Source of the DNA: Desulfobacterales bacterium
GTDB lineage: Bacteria; Desulfobacterota; Desulfobacteria; Desulfobacterales; UBA2174
DNA length: 64,000 nucleotides
Reading direction: 5' to 3'
Assembly (NCBI GenBank): GCA_963668645.2
Contig: CAXXWC010000018.1
Coordinates: forward strand, 128,001-192,000
The notes under the pieces were generated by a model. That model saw nothing but the letters and a program-made list of their open reading frames with translations, was not told where the DNA came from and made no database searches. Position numbers and translations under genes: made by a program. Position 1 is the stretch's first letter; each line of letters starts with the position of its first letter. Below are positions 18,487 to 27,963 of the stretch, piece after piece.

Positions 18487-19830
18487 ATGGCATTAACCGG
18501 GATTCAGATTTTCAAGCTCCTGCCGAAGACCAACTGCAAGGAATGTGGGGTTCCCACCTGTCTTGCGTTTGCCATGAACCTGGCCTCGGGCAAGGCCGAA
18601 CTCGACCAGTGCCCTTACGTATCGGACGAGGCCCGCGAAAAACTGGCCGAAGCCTCGGCCCCCCCGATCCGCCCTGTCGTGATCGGCAAGGGGGTGCGCC
18701 AGCGCACCGTGGGCGGTGAGACGGTCCAGTACCGCCATGAAAAAACCTTCTACAATCAGACGCTGCTCGGTGCCCTGGTGGGCTCGGACATCGCCGCCGA
18801 TGCCCTGGCGGCCAAACTCAAGGACTGGAACGCCTTCCAGTTCGAACGGGTCGGCTTCAACCTCAGACCCGAGCTGGTGGCTGTCAAGGACGTCAACGGG
18901 GATGCGGCCGCCTTTGGCGCGGTGGCCAAGACCGTGGCCGAAACCAGCGAGTTCAATCTGGTGCTGATGAGCGACAGTGCAGAGGTGCTCAAGGCCGGGG
19001 TGGACGCCGCCGGGTTCAAGCGGCCCCTGCTCTACGCGGCCACCGAGGCCAACATCGATGCGGTGGGTGAGTTGGCCAAGGCCAACGACCTGCCTGTGGC
19101 CGTGCGGGCCGACTCGGTGGAAGCGCTCGTTCCGCTGACCGAAAAACTCGCCGGCATGGGGATCAAGGACATCGTTCTCGATCCGGGCTCCCGCGAGCCC
19201 AAACAGGCCTTTTTGGACCAGGTCGCCATCCGCCGTGCGGCCCTGAAAAACGGCAACCGGGCGGTGGGTTTTCCCACCATTGCCTTTCCCTGTGAGATGG
19301 CGGGCAACCTCGACATGGAAACCCTCATCGCGGGCATGTTCGTCGCCAAGTACGGCGGCATCGTGATCATGAGTGACTTTGCCGGAGAGAACCTCTTCCC
19401 GCTACTGCTGGAGCGGCTCAATATCTTCACCGATCCCCAGCGCCCGATGACCGTTACCGAGGGGATCTACCCCGTCAACAACCCCGACGAGAATGCGCCG
19501 ATCCTGGTGACCACCAACTTCGCCCTGACCTACTTCATCGTATCGGGCGAGATCGAGGCCAGCAAGGTGCCCAGCTATCTGCTCGTCAAGGACAGCGAGG
19601 GGCTTTCGGTGCTCACCGCCTGGGCGGCCGGCAAGTTCGCCGGGGACGACGTGGGTACATTCATCAAGAAATGCGGGATCATGGACAAGGTCAAGCATAC
19701 CGAGGTGATCATCCCCGGGTATGCCGCCTCCATCGCCGGCGACGTGGAAGAGGAACTGCCCGGCTGGACCATCACCGTGGGACCGCGCGAGGCAGCGCAT
19801 ATTCCGGCCTTTTTGCGCGGCCGGCAGTAA
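18487..19830 (+). CDS. acsC: Corrinoid iron-sulfur protein large subunit (CODH/ACS gamma)
   Basis: LPKTNCKECGVPTCLAFA 4Fe-4S motif; FTDPQRP; TTNFALTY; GLSVLTAWAAGKF. ATG 18487 behind AAGGAG. Confidence 0.97.
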   Translation: MALTGIQIFKLLPKTNCKECGVPTCLAFAMNLASGKAELDQCPYVSDEAREKLAEASAPPIRPVVIGKGVRQRTVGGETVQYRHEKTFYNQTLLGALVGSDIAADALAAKLKDWNAFQFERVGFNLRPELVAVKDVNGDAAAFGAVAKTVAETSEFNLVLMSDSAEVLKAGVDAAGFKRPLLYAATEANIDAVGELAKANDLPVAVRADSVEALVPLTEKLAGMGIKDIVLDPGSREPKQAFLDQVAIRRAALKNGNRAVGFPTIAFPCEMAGNLDMETLIAGMFVAKYGGIVIMSDFAGENLFPLLLERLNIFTDPQRPMTVTEGIYPVNNPDENAPILVTTNFALTYFIVSGEIEASKVPSYLLVKDSEGLSVLTAWAAGKFAGDDVGTFIKKCGIMDKVKHTEVIIPGYAASIAGDVEEELPGWTITVGPREAAHIPAFLRGRQ

Positions 19831-19835
19831 GATCC

Positions 19836-19874
19836 AAAATTTCGGGGCGCCGGCTTGCGGCGCCCCGAAATTTT
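19836..19874 (+). terminator. Rho-independent terminator-like hairpin between acsC and acsE
   Basis: Perfect 17 bp inverted repeat AAAATTTCGGGGCGCCG / CGGCGCCCCGAAATTTT. Confidence 0.75.
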
Positions 19875-19882
19875 CGGTATAC

Positions 19883-19927
19883 ATCCTATAAATTATCTAG
19901 GTCCTATAAGTCGTATAGGCCCCATCT
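19883..19927. repeat. Degenerate 9-bp tandem repeat
   Basis: ATCCTATAA-ATTATCTAG-GTCCTATAA-GTCGTATAG-GCCCCATCT. Confidence 0.5.
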
Positions 19928-19969
19928 TTTCCCACCATTTCTCAGGAACTACCAACCGAGGGAGGGAGC

Positions 19970-20863
19970 ATGCTTTTAATCGGTGAGAGCTTGAACGTGA
20001 TTTCGCGCAAGATCGGCCGCGCCTTCAAGGAGCGCGACCCCAAACCGATCCAGGAAGAGGCCCTGGAGCAAAAGGCCAAGGGGATGGACTATATCGACAT
20101 CAACCTCGGCCCGGCCAAAAAGGATGGCCACGAGTTGATGCCCTGGGTGGTACAGGTGGTTCAGGAAGTGGTTGACGACGTCCCCCTGGCCATGGATACC
20201 TCCAACATCGACGCCATCGAGGCGGCGCTGAAAGTGGCCAAAGAGGTGCCGGGCAAGCCGCATCTGATCAACTCGATCATGGCTCGCCCCGAGCGCTACG
20301 AGCGTATGATTCCCATCGCCGCGGAGCACAATGCCGATTTTATCGCCCTGATGTGGGGCCCCGAGGGGCTGCCGCGCGACGAGAACGAGCGTGCTGCGCT
20401 GTGCGTCGAGTTGATCTATGCGGCCAATGAAGCCGGGATTCCCAACGAGAAGATCTGGGTCGACGGGATCGTTACGCCGGTCAACATCCAGCAGCCCCAG
20501 GCCATCAGCCTGATGGAGTTCCAGAAGATGCTCCAGGATATCGCGCCGGGCGCCCTGAGCACCTGCGGGCTCTCCAACATCTCCAACGGGCCGCCGAATC
20601 ACCTGCGTCCGATCCTGAACCAGACCTACATGGTGATGCTGGAAAAGTGCGGCATGTACTCGGTGATCAGTGATCCGCTGGACGAAATGCTTACCGCCAT
20701 CGCCAAGGGCGAACGCCAGGACATCGTGGACCTGATCTACGGCATGATGGACGGCAACGATCCTGACATTCCGGGCCTGTCCAAGGAGATGCAGGATTAC
20801 GCCAAGACGGTCAACGTCATCTTGGGCAAGACCCTTTATTCGGACAGCTGGCTGGAGATCTGA
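19970..20863 (+). CDS. acsE: Methyltetrahydrofolate:corrinoid Fe-S protein methyltransferase (pterin-binding fold)
   Basis: IGESLN, YIDINLG, DTSN and GLSNISNG motifs; directly follows acsC. Confidence 0.9.
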   Translation: MLLIGESLNVISRKIGRAFKERDPKPIQEEALEQKAKGMDYIDINLGPAKKDGHELMPWVVQVVQEVVDDVPLAMDTSNIDAIEAALKVAKEVPGKPHLINSIMARPERYERMIPIAAEHNADFIALMWGPEGLPRDENERAALCVELIYAANEAGIPNEKIWVDGIVTPVNIQQPQAISLMEFQKMLQDIAPGALSTCGLSNISNGPPNHLRPILNQTYMVMLEKCGMYSVISDPLDEMLTAIAKGERQDIVDLIYGMMDGNDPDIPGLSKEMQDYAKTVNVILGKTLYSDSWLEI

Positions 20864-20903
20864 TCCGCGCCGACGTGGCCAAGATGGCATATGTATTACC
20901 GGG

Positions 20904-20926
20904 GCCCTGCCGTAAGGCGGGGCTTT
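20904..20926 (+). terminator. Terminator after acsE
   Basis: GCCCTGCC-GTAA-GGCGGGGC-TTT (GNRA loop, short U-tract). Confidence 0.6.
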
Positions 20927-20950
20927 GGTGTTTGGGGGTACAGTATAGAC

Positions 20951-20986
20951 CGGACGGATCGGACCGATCCGGCGGATCCGTCCGAT
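20951..20986. repeat. Palindromic 9-bp tandem repeat (REP-like)
   Basis: CGGACGGAT-CGGACCGAT-CCGGCGGAT-CCGTCCGAT; 20951-20960 is the exact reverse complement of 20975-20984. Confidence 0.6.
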
Positions 20987-21015
20987 AAATTCCAACCGGC
21001 AACTGTGAGACACCC

Positions 21016-24000
21016 ATGATCCGCTCCAAGGCCCTGGAAGCCAACATCGCCGACTACCACATCGATGTGGCCATCGATCCGCGTTACGCGGTCCTGCAAG
21101 AGGTCATGTCCCGCTATTACGGGATCATGGAAGGCGTGGCCACCTTTCTCAAGGAGCTGTCGCATCCCTACAAGAGCTGGTCCTTCATCGTCCAGGAGGC
21201 GCGCACCTATGCGTTGGATTATTTCCATCTGCTGGTGCTCAATCCCCAGGGGGGGGCGGCGGCCCAGCGCTTCGTGGAAATCTTCTTCCGGGTCCTCGAC
21301 TCAGAGCGCAGCGACGCGGCGGTGCGCAGCGACGCGGCCGACAATCTGCTGGTGTTCGTCGACAAGATGATCCGTGACAGCGGTGTCGACTTGGCGCGTT
21401 TCATGCCGGCTCTCACCGACGTTTTCCAACGTCTGATCGGCTACGATGCGGATCGTTTCATGATATTTGTCCGCAGCCATTACCAACTGCCGCGTCTGGC
21501 CGAAGCCCTGGTGCAGGCCGCGCCGGCCGATGCCGATCTGGGGGCCTGCAACCAGGCCCTGGTCCGTTATTTTCAATCGACTTACCGCTACTGGCTGGAT
21601 CAGCCCGATCCGCAGGACTGGTTTACCGGTCAGATGGAAGACGCCCTGGGCAGTGGGCTGGAGCACATCTTCCAGGATCTGGGCCACACGGACATCGTTG
21701 CCTGGCAGCGGCGGCTGGAGGATTTGATCGCAGGCGGCGGATTGCCTCAAAGCGCTCTCACCCGGCACTTGGTGGGCTTGACGAGCTATGCCCGGATCGT
21801 GGAGCGCTACCGGCTGATCCCGCGGCGGCTTCTGGCGGCCGGAGGGCAGAAAGGCAACGGCCAGCGCTGGAAAATCATTTTCCTCTTTCACATCATGAAC
21901 ATTCCGGGCCTGGGCATGATCCATGAGGAGACCCTGCGCGACATCAACCGCACCCTGAGCTGGCTGATCGCCAACGAGCCCGATTACCGGGTCAAGCGGC
22001 TCATCGACCGGACCTTTGCCATCCTCAAAACCCGAACCCTGGAGTTTCCCGCCACGGCGCTGAACTGCGTTTTGACGATGGGCAAGGGGGTCTATAAGAC
22101 CGACGACAGCGAACTGGTCAACTACTTTATCGATGCGGTCATCGATCTTGGATTCCAGGCGCCGATGATCGGCGGGGTGGGGGACGACTGGCAGATCAAG
22201 GTCAACAGCGCCCATCTGCAGAACATCCGCACCTGGCTGGCCCTGATCCAGCGCAATCCCAAATGGTCGCCGCGTCTGATTTCCTACCTGATCATCCACC
22301 TGTCCCTGTGCGGGGTTTTCATCAAGGACACGGATCTGTTCCAGCGCGACATCACGAACCTGCTCAACAGCGGGATCGCACCGGTTTACAACCTGGCCAA
22401 GCAGCTCGCCCGGCTTTTCCCGGTCTACTTCAACGATATCGGGGCTGAAGGGAGGCTGCGGGACATCTCCACCCAGGCCGACGAACTGCTGCATCGGCGC
22501 GATCCGCTGGTCCACTTTCTGCGCAAGCAGAGCCACGTGGAGAGCAGCAGCCGGGTCCTGGACCTGATGGAAGCCACCCTGACGTTTTGGGAGAGCGGGG
22601 ACAAGCAGGTCCTGGAAGCCTTTCTGCCCCCCTATCTGCACGCCCAGATCGATTCCCGGGGGCCCTGGGTGGACGGTTCCCGGCGTATCCTGGCACATTT
22701 GCGGGGCCAGGGGATGGACCTGCCCCGGGGACTGCTCGAAGGGCCCGAGGAGCGGATCGGCGCCTGGATCGGAGAAGTCGAAGGGGTCGACAGGATCGAT
22801 CGCGAGCGGGTGCGCCTGATGGTGGCCTTTTACCGGATGCTTCACCAGAAGTACAATCTGGTTTTTGTCGACATGAACGCCTACCTGGCCCTGCTGCGCA
22901 CCGAGGCCTTCCCGGATCTGGACCAGTTGCAGGCCGCCCTGGAAGAACCCGATGTCAAAACCCGTCTCAACCGGCTGCTGGACTACTCCGAGCGGCTCAA
23001 GGAGCTGCTGCTCGGGGACAAGCTTTATGAGATCCGGGAAGATATCTATAAAAAGCGCCATTTTACCGTCGACATCCCCTCGATGTACGGCAGCTACCAC
23101 GAGCTGAAATTCGATGCGCTGGGACTGGCCTTTCGCATCGAATCGCTGGCCAACGCCCTTTTCGACCGGATCATCGAGGAGCTGGACCTGTCGCTGATCA
23201 CCAAGGCGACCTTTTTTCAGATTTACGACCGGCTGCGGCTTTTCCAGAAAGCCATGCGGGTGGACGGTCTGAGTTCCATCGAACTCGAACGCCAGCTCGA
23301 ACTGCTGGCCCACTCGTTGGAAGTGCGCGGCTTTACCTTCACCCAGTATCTGGATATCTTCAAAGGCTTCGCCCTGGCGGTCAAGAATGTGATCAGCGAT
23401 CATTTCAACAACATCCACGAAGCCAACCTTAACCGCATCCTGGACCAGATCCCAGAGCGTCAGATCCTGTCAAAATTCATGCCGTCCGAGCAGTGTGCCG
23501 ATCCCGAACGGCTGCGCCACCGGATTTCAGAGATTTTCTTCCGCGACCAGATCGCCATGAGCCTCGGCCTCCAGCAGCTCGACCGCTTCCTGGGCCGGAT
23601 TCTGAGCACCCTCTTTCACCAGGCCGACCGGCTGCCCAAGGACAAGCTCCATCTGCTGCTCAATTTCGATCCCCAGCGGGCCATGACCCCCATCGATCCG
23701 CCCAAAGCCCGGGTGGCGGGAATCATCTATCTGGGTACCAAGGGCTATAACATGGTGCAGCTCAAGCGCTTCGGGATGCCAGTACCGCCTGGTTTCATCA
23801 TTACCACCGAAGCCTTCCGCTGCCGCACCCTTATCGAGGGGTATCCGCGGGCCGAGCAGAATTTCAGGGACCAGATCAACCGGCACCTGGCCGGTCTCGA
23901 GGCCCAGACCGGCCTGCGATTCGGTGCCCCGGACAACCCGATGCTGCTCTCGGTGCGCAGCGGGGCCGCCATCAGCCAGCCCGGGATGATGGACACATTC

Positions 24001-25194
24001 CTCAACGTGGGGATTAACGAGCAGATCGCCGAGGGGATCGCCGCCAGCACCGGCAACGCCTGGTTTGCCTGGGACTGCTACCGGCGCTTTACCCAGTGCA
24101 GTGGAATGGCCTTCGGCCTGGAGCGCGACGCTTTTGACGCCATTATCAGCGATTTTAAACGGCGCAACGGGATTCCTTTCAAACGCCATTTGTCCGGCGA
24201 TCAGATGCGCGAGGTGGCTCTGGCTTACAAAACCCTGGTTCAGGACCACGATATCCAGGTGCCTGAAGCGCCCTTCGATCAGCTGGTGATGGCTGTGCGC
24301 AGCGTTTTTGCATCCTGGCAATCAAGCCGGGCCCGCACCTACCGGAAAATTATGGGGATTTCCGACGACTGGGGCACGGCCGTGACAGCCCAGAAAATGG
24401 TCTTCGGCAACCGCAGCCGTTCCTCGGGAACCGGTGTCTTTTTTACCCACAACCCGCGCTGGTCCGGTGACATCCTCAAACTATGGGGGGATTTTACCAT
24501 CGGCAACCAGGGCGAGGACGTGGTCAGCGGGCTGGTCACCACCCTGCCCATCTCGTTGTTTCAGCAGGAACGCGAGATGCGCGAGACCGACATCACCCTC
24601 GAGACCCATTTCCCGGAGATCTACATGCGCCTCAAGGAATGGGCCAACACCCTCATCTACCGCCACGGGTGGAGCCCCCAGGAAATGGAGTTCACCTTTG
24701 AAGGCCCCACGGCAGAAGACCTCTATCTGCTTCAGACCCGGGACATGGCGATCCGCGAACGTAAAAAGGTGTTCACCTTTGACCCCGAGGAGATTGATCC
24801 GGCCCGCCAGCTGGGCCACGGGATCGGCGTTTCCGGCGGGGCCATGGCCGGCCGGCTCGTTTTTACCCTGGAGGAAATCGACCGCTGGCGGCAAGAGGAG
24901 CCTGAAACCCATCTGATCCTGGGACGCAACGATACGGTGCCCGACGACATCCGGGAGATCTATTCCGCCGACGGCCTGCTCACCGCTCGCGGCGGGGTCA
25001 CCAGCCACGCCGCGGTGGTGGCTCACCGGCTGGAGAAGACCTGCGTGGTGGGGTGCACGACCCTGGTCTGCGACGAACAGCGGCGCGAGTGCCTTTTCGA
25101 ACGGGTCACGTTGCATTCCGGGGATTTTATCAGCATCGACGGCCAGGCCGGGATCGTTTACCAGGGCCGTTTGAAGGCCCATGCAGCGCCGTGA
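21016..25194 (+). CDS. Large PPDK-like dikinase: ~900 aa unrecognised N-terminus + ATP-grasp + phospho-His swivel domain, no pyruvate-binding barrel
   Basis: LGTKG (aa ~906), PVPPGF, SVRSGA..SQPGMMDT, QGEDVVSG, EFT, LLQTR and GGVTSHAA (His1331); the protein ends ~60 aa later. Confidence 0.88.
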   Translation: MIRSKALEANIADYHIDVAIDPRYAVLQEVMSRYYGIMEGVATFLKELSHPYKSWSFIVQEARTYALDYFHLLVLNPQGGAAAQRFVEIFFRVLDSERSDAAVRSDAADNLLVFVDKMIRDSGVDLARFMPALTDVFQRLIGYDADRFMIFVRSHYQLPRLAEALVQAAPADADLGACNQALVRYFQSTYRYWLDQPDPQDWFTGQMEDALGSGLEHIFQDLGHTDIVAWQRRLEDLIAGGGLPQSALTRHLVGLTSYARIVERYRLIPRRLLAAGGQKGNGQRWKIIFLFHIMNIPGLGMIHEETLRDINRTLSWLIANEPDYRVKRLIDRTFAILKTRTLEFPATALNCVLTMGKGVYKTDDSELVNYFIDAVIDLGFQAPMIGGVGDDWQIKVNSAHLQNIRTWLALIQRNPKWSPRLISYLIIHLSLCGVFIKDTDLFQRDITNLLNSGIAPVYNLAKQLARLFPVYFNDIGAEGRLRDISTQADELLHRRDPLVHFLRKQSHVESSSRVLDLMEATLTFWESGDKQVLEAFLPPYLHAQIDSRGPWVDGSRRILAHLRGQGMDLPRGLLEGPEERIGAWIGEVEGVDRIDRERVRLMVAFYRMLHQKYNLVFVDMNAYLALLRTEAFPDLDQLQAALEEPDVKTRLNRLLDYSERLKELLLGDKLYEIREDIYKKRHFTVDIPSMYGSYHELKFDALGLAFRIESLANALFDRIIEELDLSLITKATFFQIYDRLRLFQKAMRVDGLSSIELERQLELLAHSLEVRGFTFTQYLDIFKGFALAVKNVISDHFNNIHEANLNRILDQIPERQILSKFMPSEQCADPERLRHRISEIFFRDQIAMSLGLQQLDRFLGRILSTLFHQADRLPKDKLHLLLNFDPQRAMTPIDPPKARVAGIIYLGTKGYNMVQLKRFGMPVPPGFIITTEAFRCRTLIEGYPRAEQNFRDQINRHLAGLEAQTGLRFGAPDNPMLLSVRSGAAISQPGMMDTFLNVGINEQIAEGIAASTGNAWFAWDCYRRFTQCSGMAFGLERDAFDAIISDFKRRNGIPFKRHLSGDQMREVALAYKTLVQDHDIQVPEAPFDQLVMAVRSVFASWQSSRARTYRKIMGISDDWGTAVTAQKMVFGNRSRSSGTGVFFTHNPRWSGDILKLWGDFTIGNQGEDVVSGLVTTLPISLFQQEREMRETDITLETHFPEIYMRLKEWANTLIYRHGWSPQEMEFTFEGPTAEDLYLLQTRDMAIRERKKVFTFDPEEIDPARQLGHGIGVSGGAMAGRLVFTLEEIDRWRQEEPETHLILGRNDTVPDDIREIYSADGLLTARGGVTSHAAVVAHRLEKTCVVGCTTLVCDEQRRECLFERVTLHSGDFISIDGQAGIVYQGRLKAHAAP

Positions 25195-25448
25195 AACAGA
25201 ATGGCAAAGCGACTTGCCTTCAGGCTCCATGCGCCTTGCATGCCGTCGGGGCCTATGATAGGATCGCTTAAAATAGACTAAGTATCAGGTCTCACTGGAG
25301 GAAAAGAATGAAAAGGGCTGATGGCCACCGGGCTGGACCGCACTTTTCCAAAAGTGGAGTTGTGCCTTTGACAGGAAAAGGGGTTCCGATTTCCCTTTGG
25401 TGATTCGCAACTGCCCCACGGCTATTTCGTGGTGATAGGAGACCCGGC

Positions 25449-26708
25449 ATGGAAAAGCATGATGCCGACAGCGATTTGGTTTTGGGCATCAACGGATTGG
25501 GCCGCATCGGCAAGTTGACCCTCTGGCACCATATCGGCCGGCGGTTTTTCGGTAAGATCGTGGTCAACCTGGGACGCAAGGTCGGCACCGGGCTGGCCGA
25601 TATCGCCCATTACATCGAGCGCGATTCCACATACGGCGCCTTGCACACCTATCTGTACGGGCACCTGGCCCGGCCCCTGATCACGGATCTGGACGAAGAG
25701 GCCGGCACCCTGCGCATCGACGGCATCCCGGTGCACCTGCTGCGCGAGCAGCGCGATCCGGCCGAGATCGGCTGGGCCGATCACGACGTACGCCTGGTGG
25801 TGGACACCACCGGCCGCTTTCTCGATCCGACCCTGGGCGGAGATGCGCCGGGCGGTGCTTTGCGCGGCCACCTGGACAGCGGGGCCGAGAAGGTGATCCT
25901 TTCCGCCCCGTTCAAGATAAAGGCCAAGGGGGCCGCCATGCCGGCCGACGCGGTGACCACCGTCATGGGCGTCAACGCCCACCAGTACGATCCGCGGCGC
26001 CACCGGCTGGTATCCAACGCCTCGTGCACCACGACCTGCCTGGCCCACATGATGCGCCCGCTGATCAACCATTTCGGGGCACGGCGGATTTTATCGGCCT
26101 CCATGGCCACCGTGCATGCGGCCACCGGCAGCCAGCAGGTTCTAGACCGTATGCCTGGAAACGGCAAGACCGATCTGCGCAAGAACCGCAGCATCCTCAA
26201 CAACATCATCCTCACCACCACCGGCGCGGCCAAGGCTTTGAGTCTGGTGATCCCGGAAATGGCCAATATCGGGTTTATTGCCGAATCGGTGCGCATACCC
26301 ACCAGCAGCGGTTCACTGATCATTCTGGTGCTCAATCTTCAAGAAGAGCCGGACGGCGAGTCGATCCGTTCATTGATGATCAAGAACGTCTATCGCCAGG
26401 CGATGGCAGACGATCCCAATGGTTATCTGCACTATACCGACAAGCAGAACGTATCGGTGGACATCATCGGCGCGCCGCGGGCCGCGGCCGTTATCGAAGG
26501 GCACGAGATCCATACCCGCACCGCGGAGATCTGCATCGATCTGAAGCAGACCGCCGGCCTCGACGCCAAAATCGTCGAAGCCCTGCCCGATACCCTCCTG
26601 CGTATCCCCGTGACCCAGGCCGTAATCTACGGCTGGTACGACAATGAGATGGCCTCCTACGTCAACCTGCTCGGGGACCGCACCGTATCGATCGCCGAGC
26701 AGCTCTGA
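25449..26708 (+). CDS. gap: Glyceraldehyde-3-phosphate dehydrogenase family protein (divergent)
   Basis: GINGLGRIG, catalytic SNASCTTTCL, TVHA, TTTGAAKA and GWYDNE motifs. Confidence 0.85.
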   Translation: MEKHDADSDLVLGINGLGRIGKLTLWHHIGRRFFGKIVVNLGRKVGTGLADIAHYIERDSTYGALHTYLYGHLARPLITDLDEEAGTLRIDGIPVHLLREQRDPAEIGWADHDVRLVVDTTGRFLDPTLGGDAPGGALRGHLDSGAEKVILSAPFKIKAKGAAMPADAVTTVMGVNAHQYDPRRHRLVSNASCTTTCLAHMMRPLINHFGARRILSASMATVHAATGSQQVLDRMPGNGKTDLRKNRSILNNIILTTTGAAKALSLVIPEMANIGFIAESVRIPTSSGSLIILVLNLQEEPDGESIRSLMIKNVYRQAMADDPNGYLHYTDKQNVSVDIIGAPRAAAVIEGHEIHTRTAEICIDLKQTAGLDAKIVEALPDTLLRIPVTQAVIYGWYDNEMASYVNLLGDRTVSIAEQL

Positions 26709-26942
26709 CGGCATTGCGAGGCGGAGTCGAATTTACGCGGGATTTTGATCTTCGAATTTCATCTCTCATCCCACAGAGTTTCCAGCGGCATGGTGAAAAA
26801 ATCCGCCAGTGCAATTCCTTGTTCGCCTACCGGGATCTTGCGGAGACGATGAGACGCGGCAGGGAAAAGCTTGGCAGGGGATGTGGCTGAATTCAAAGTC
26901 GACCGATGTGACCATCGCCTTTTTCCCCGTGTATATAAAAGC

Positions 26943-27536
26943 ATGAAACCGGCACACTCGGCCAAATATCTCGTCCAATCGCTGCGCCGCCTGCCGGCGG
27001 CCGAACCGCCCCCTGGCCTCAACCATCGCATCATGGCGGCCTTGCCGCGCCGCAGGGGTCTGGCGGGCCGCCTGGAATACGGCGTCCGTACGGCCCTTCA
27101 CGGGCAGGCCGGAGGTTACCTGCTGCCCTCCGGTCCGGCCGAAATGGGCCTTCTGGTCTTGAGTACCGGCTTGTTTTTCTGCTGCCTGACCGCGGTCATC
27201 TCGTTGAGGTTGCGTCTTCCGGATCATCTTTACGCCTTTTTACCGGCTTTTGCGGCTGGTCTGCTGTTGATGCACCATGGATGGCGGCAGCTCCAAACCC
27301 CGGACAAGATGATCGTGTTGCGCTCCGGGTTGGCGGTGGTCTGCGGCATTTTTGCCGTCAACGCGATCCTGGGGCTCTTTTACGGGGTTCATTCCGGACC
27401 GGGCCTCATCGCCACTTGGCTCGGCCTGTCTGGAATCATGGTGGCCGGCGCCATCACTCTGGTGCTGGCGGCTGTGCCCAGGGCCCGGCGCCGCTATTCG
27501 GCTACTGTGGGGGCGGTTTTCAACCGCGATCACTGA
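26943..27536 (+). CDS. Hypothetical membrane protein (anti-sigma-factor-like N-terminus, ~4 TM)
   Basis: The N-terminal LRRLP..EPPPGL..RIMAAL pattern resembles anti-sigma-type membrane proteins; four hydrophobic segments follow. Confidence 0.55.
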   Translation: MKPAHSAKYLVQSLRRLPAAEPPPGLNHRIMAALPRRRGLAGRLEYGVRTALHGQAGGYLLPSGPAEMGLLVLSTGLFFCCLTAVISLRLRLPDHLYAFLPAFAAGLLLMHHGWRQLQTPDKMIVLRSGLAVVCGIFAVNAILGLFYGVHSGPGLIATWLGLSGIMVAGAITLVLAAVPRARRRYSATVGAVFNRDH

Positions 27537-27663
27537 CATTTTGGGCTTCGCATTTCGCATTTACCCTTCAACGCCTTCGCGCCGTGTCGTCTTGACGCTT
27601 TGTCGAACATTTCATACCCTGTAGCAAAACGGCACCTTGTTGAGCCTGATAAAGGAAAACACC

Positions 27664-27799
27664 ATGCCGGTGACTATCGACAGAAGAAGGAAGCATCAAT
27701 TTGCCGGTTTCGGTCAGGACGGAACTCGACGATGCCGAACTGATGCCGAATGGAAAATTCATCGCTGATTTGTTGAAATGTAAATGCAATATTGCGTAA
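27664..27799 (+). pseudogene. Possible AbrB/MazE-type antitoxin remnant (frameshifted)
   Basis: AAGGA RBS and ATG 27664 give MPVTI; a +1 shift then gives TEEGSINLPVSVRTEL, resembling the AbrB pattern VT.....G.I.LP..VR..L. Confidence 0.35.
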
Positions 27800-27963
27800 A
27801 ACGGCCGTAGAACGTCCTGCAGCCTCCCTTGTCCTGACTGTGTCCCTGCCAACATTCAACAAACGTCCGCCTGCCTTGTTCGGAATTTGTCGGAGTCCCG
27901 TATTTTATCCTTGACGAAAAGGACAAAATAGCATTATTATGTCCTCCATACAAAGGATATAAG

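Noticed and set aside
21016..25194. Annotation as canonical ppdK or ppsA
   Set aside because: The C-terminal pyruvate/PEP-binding barrel is absent, so the gene symbol was withheld.
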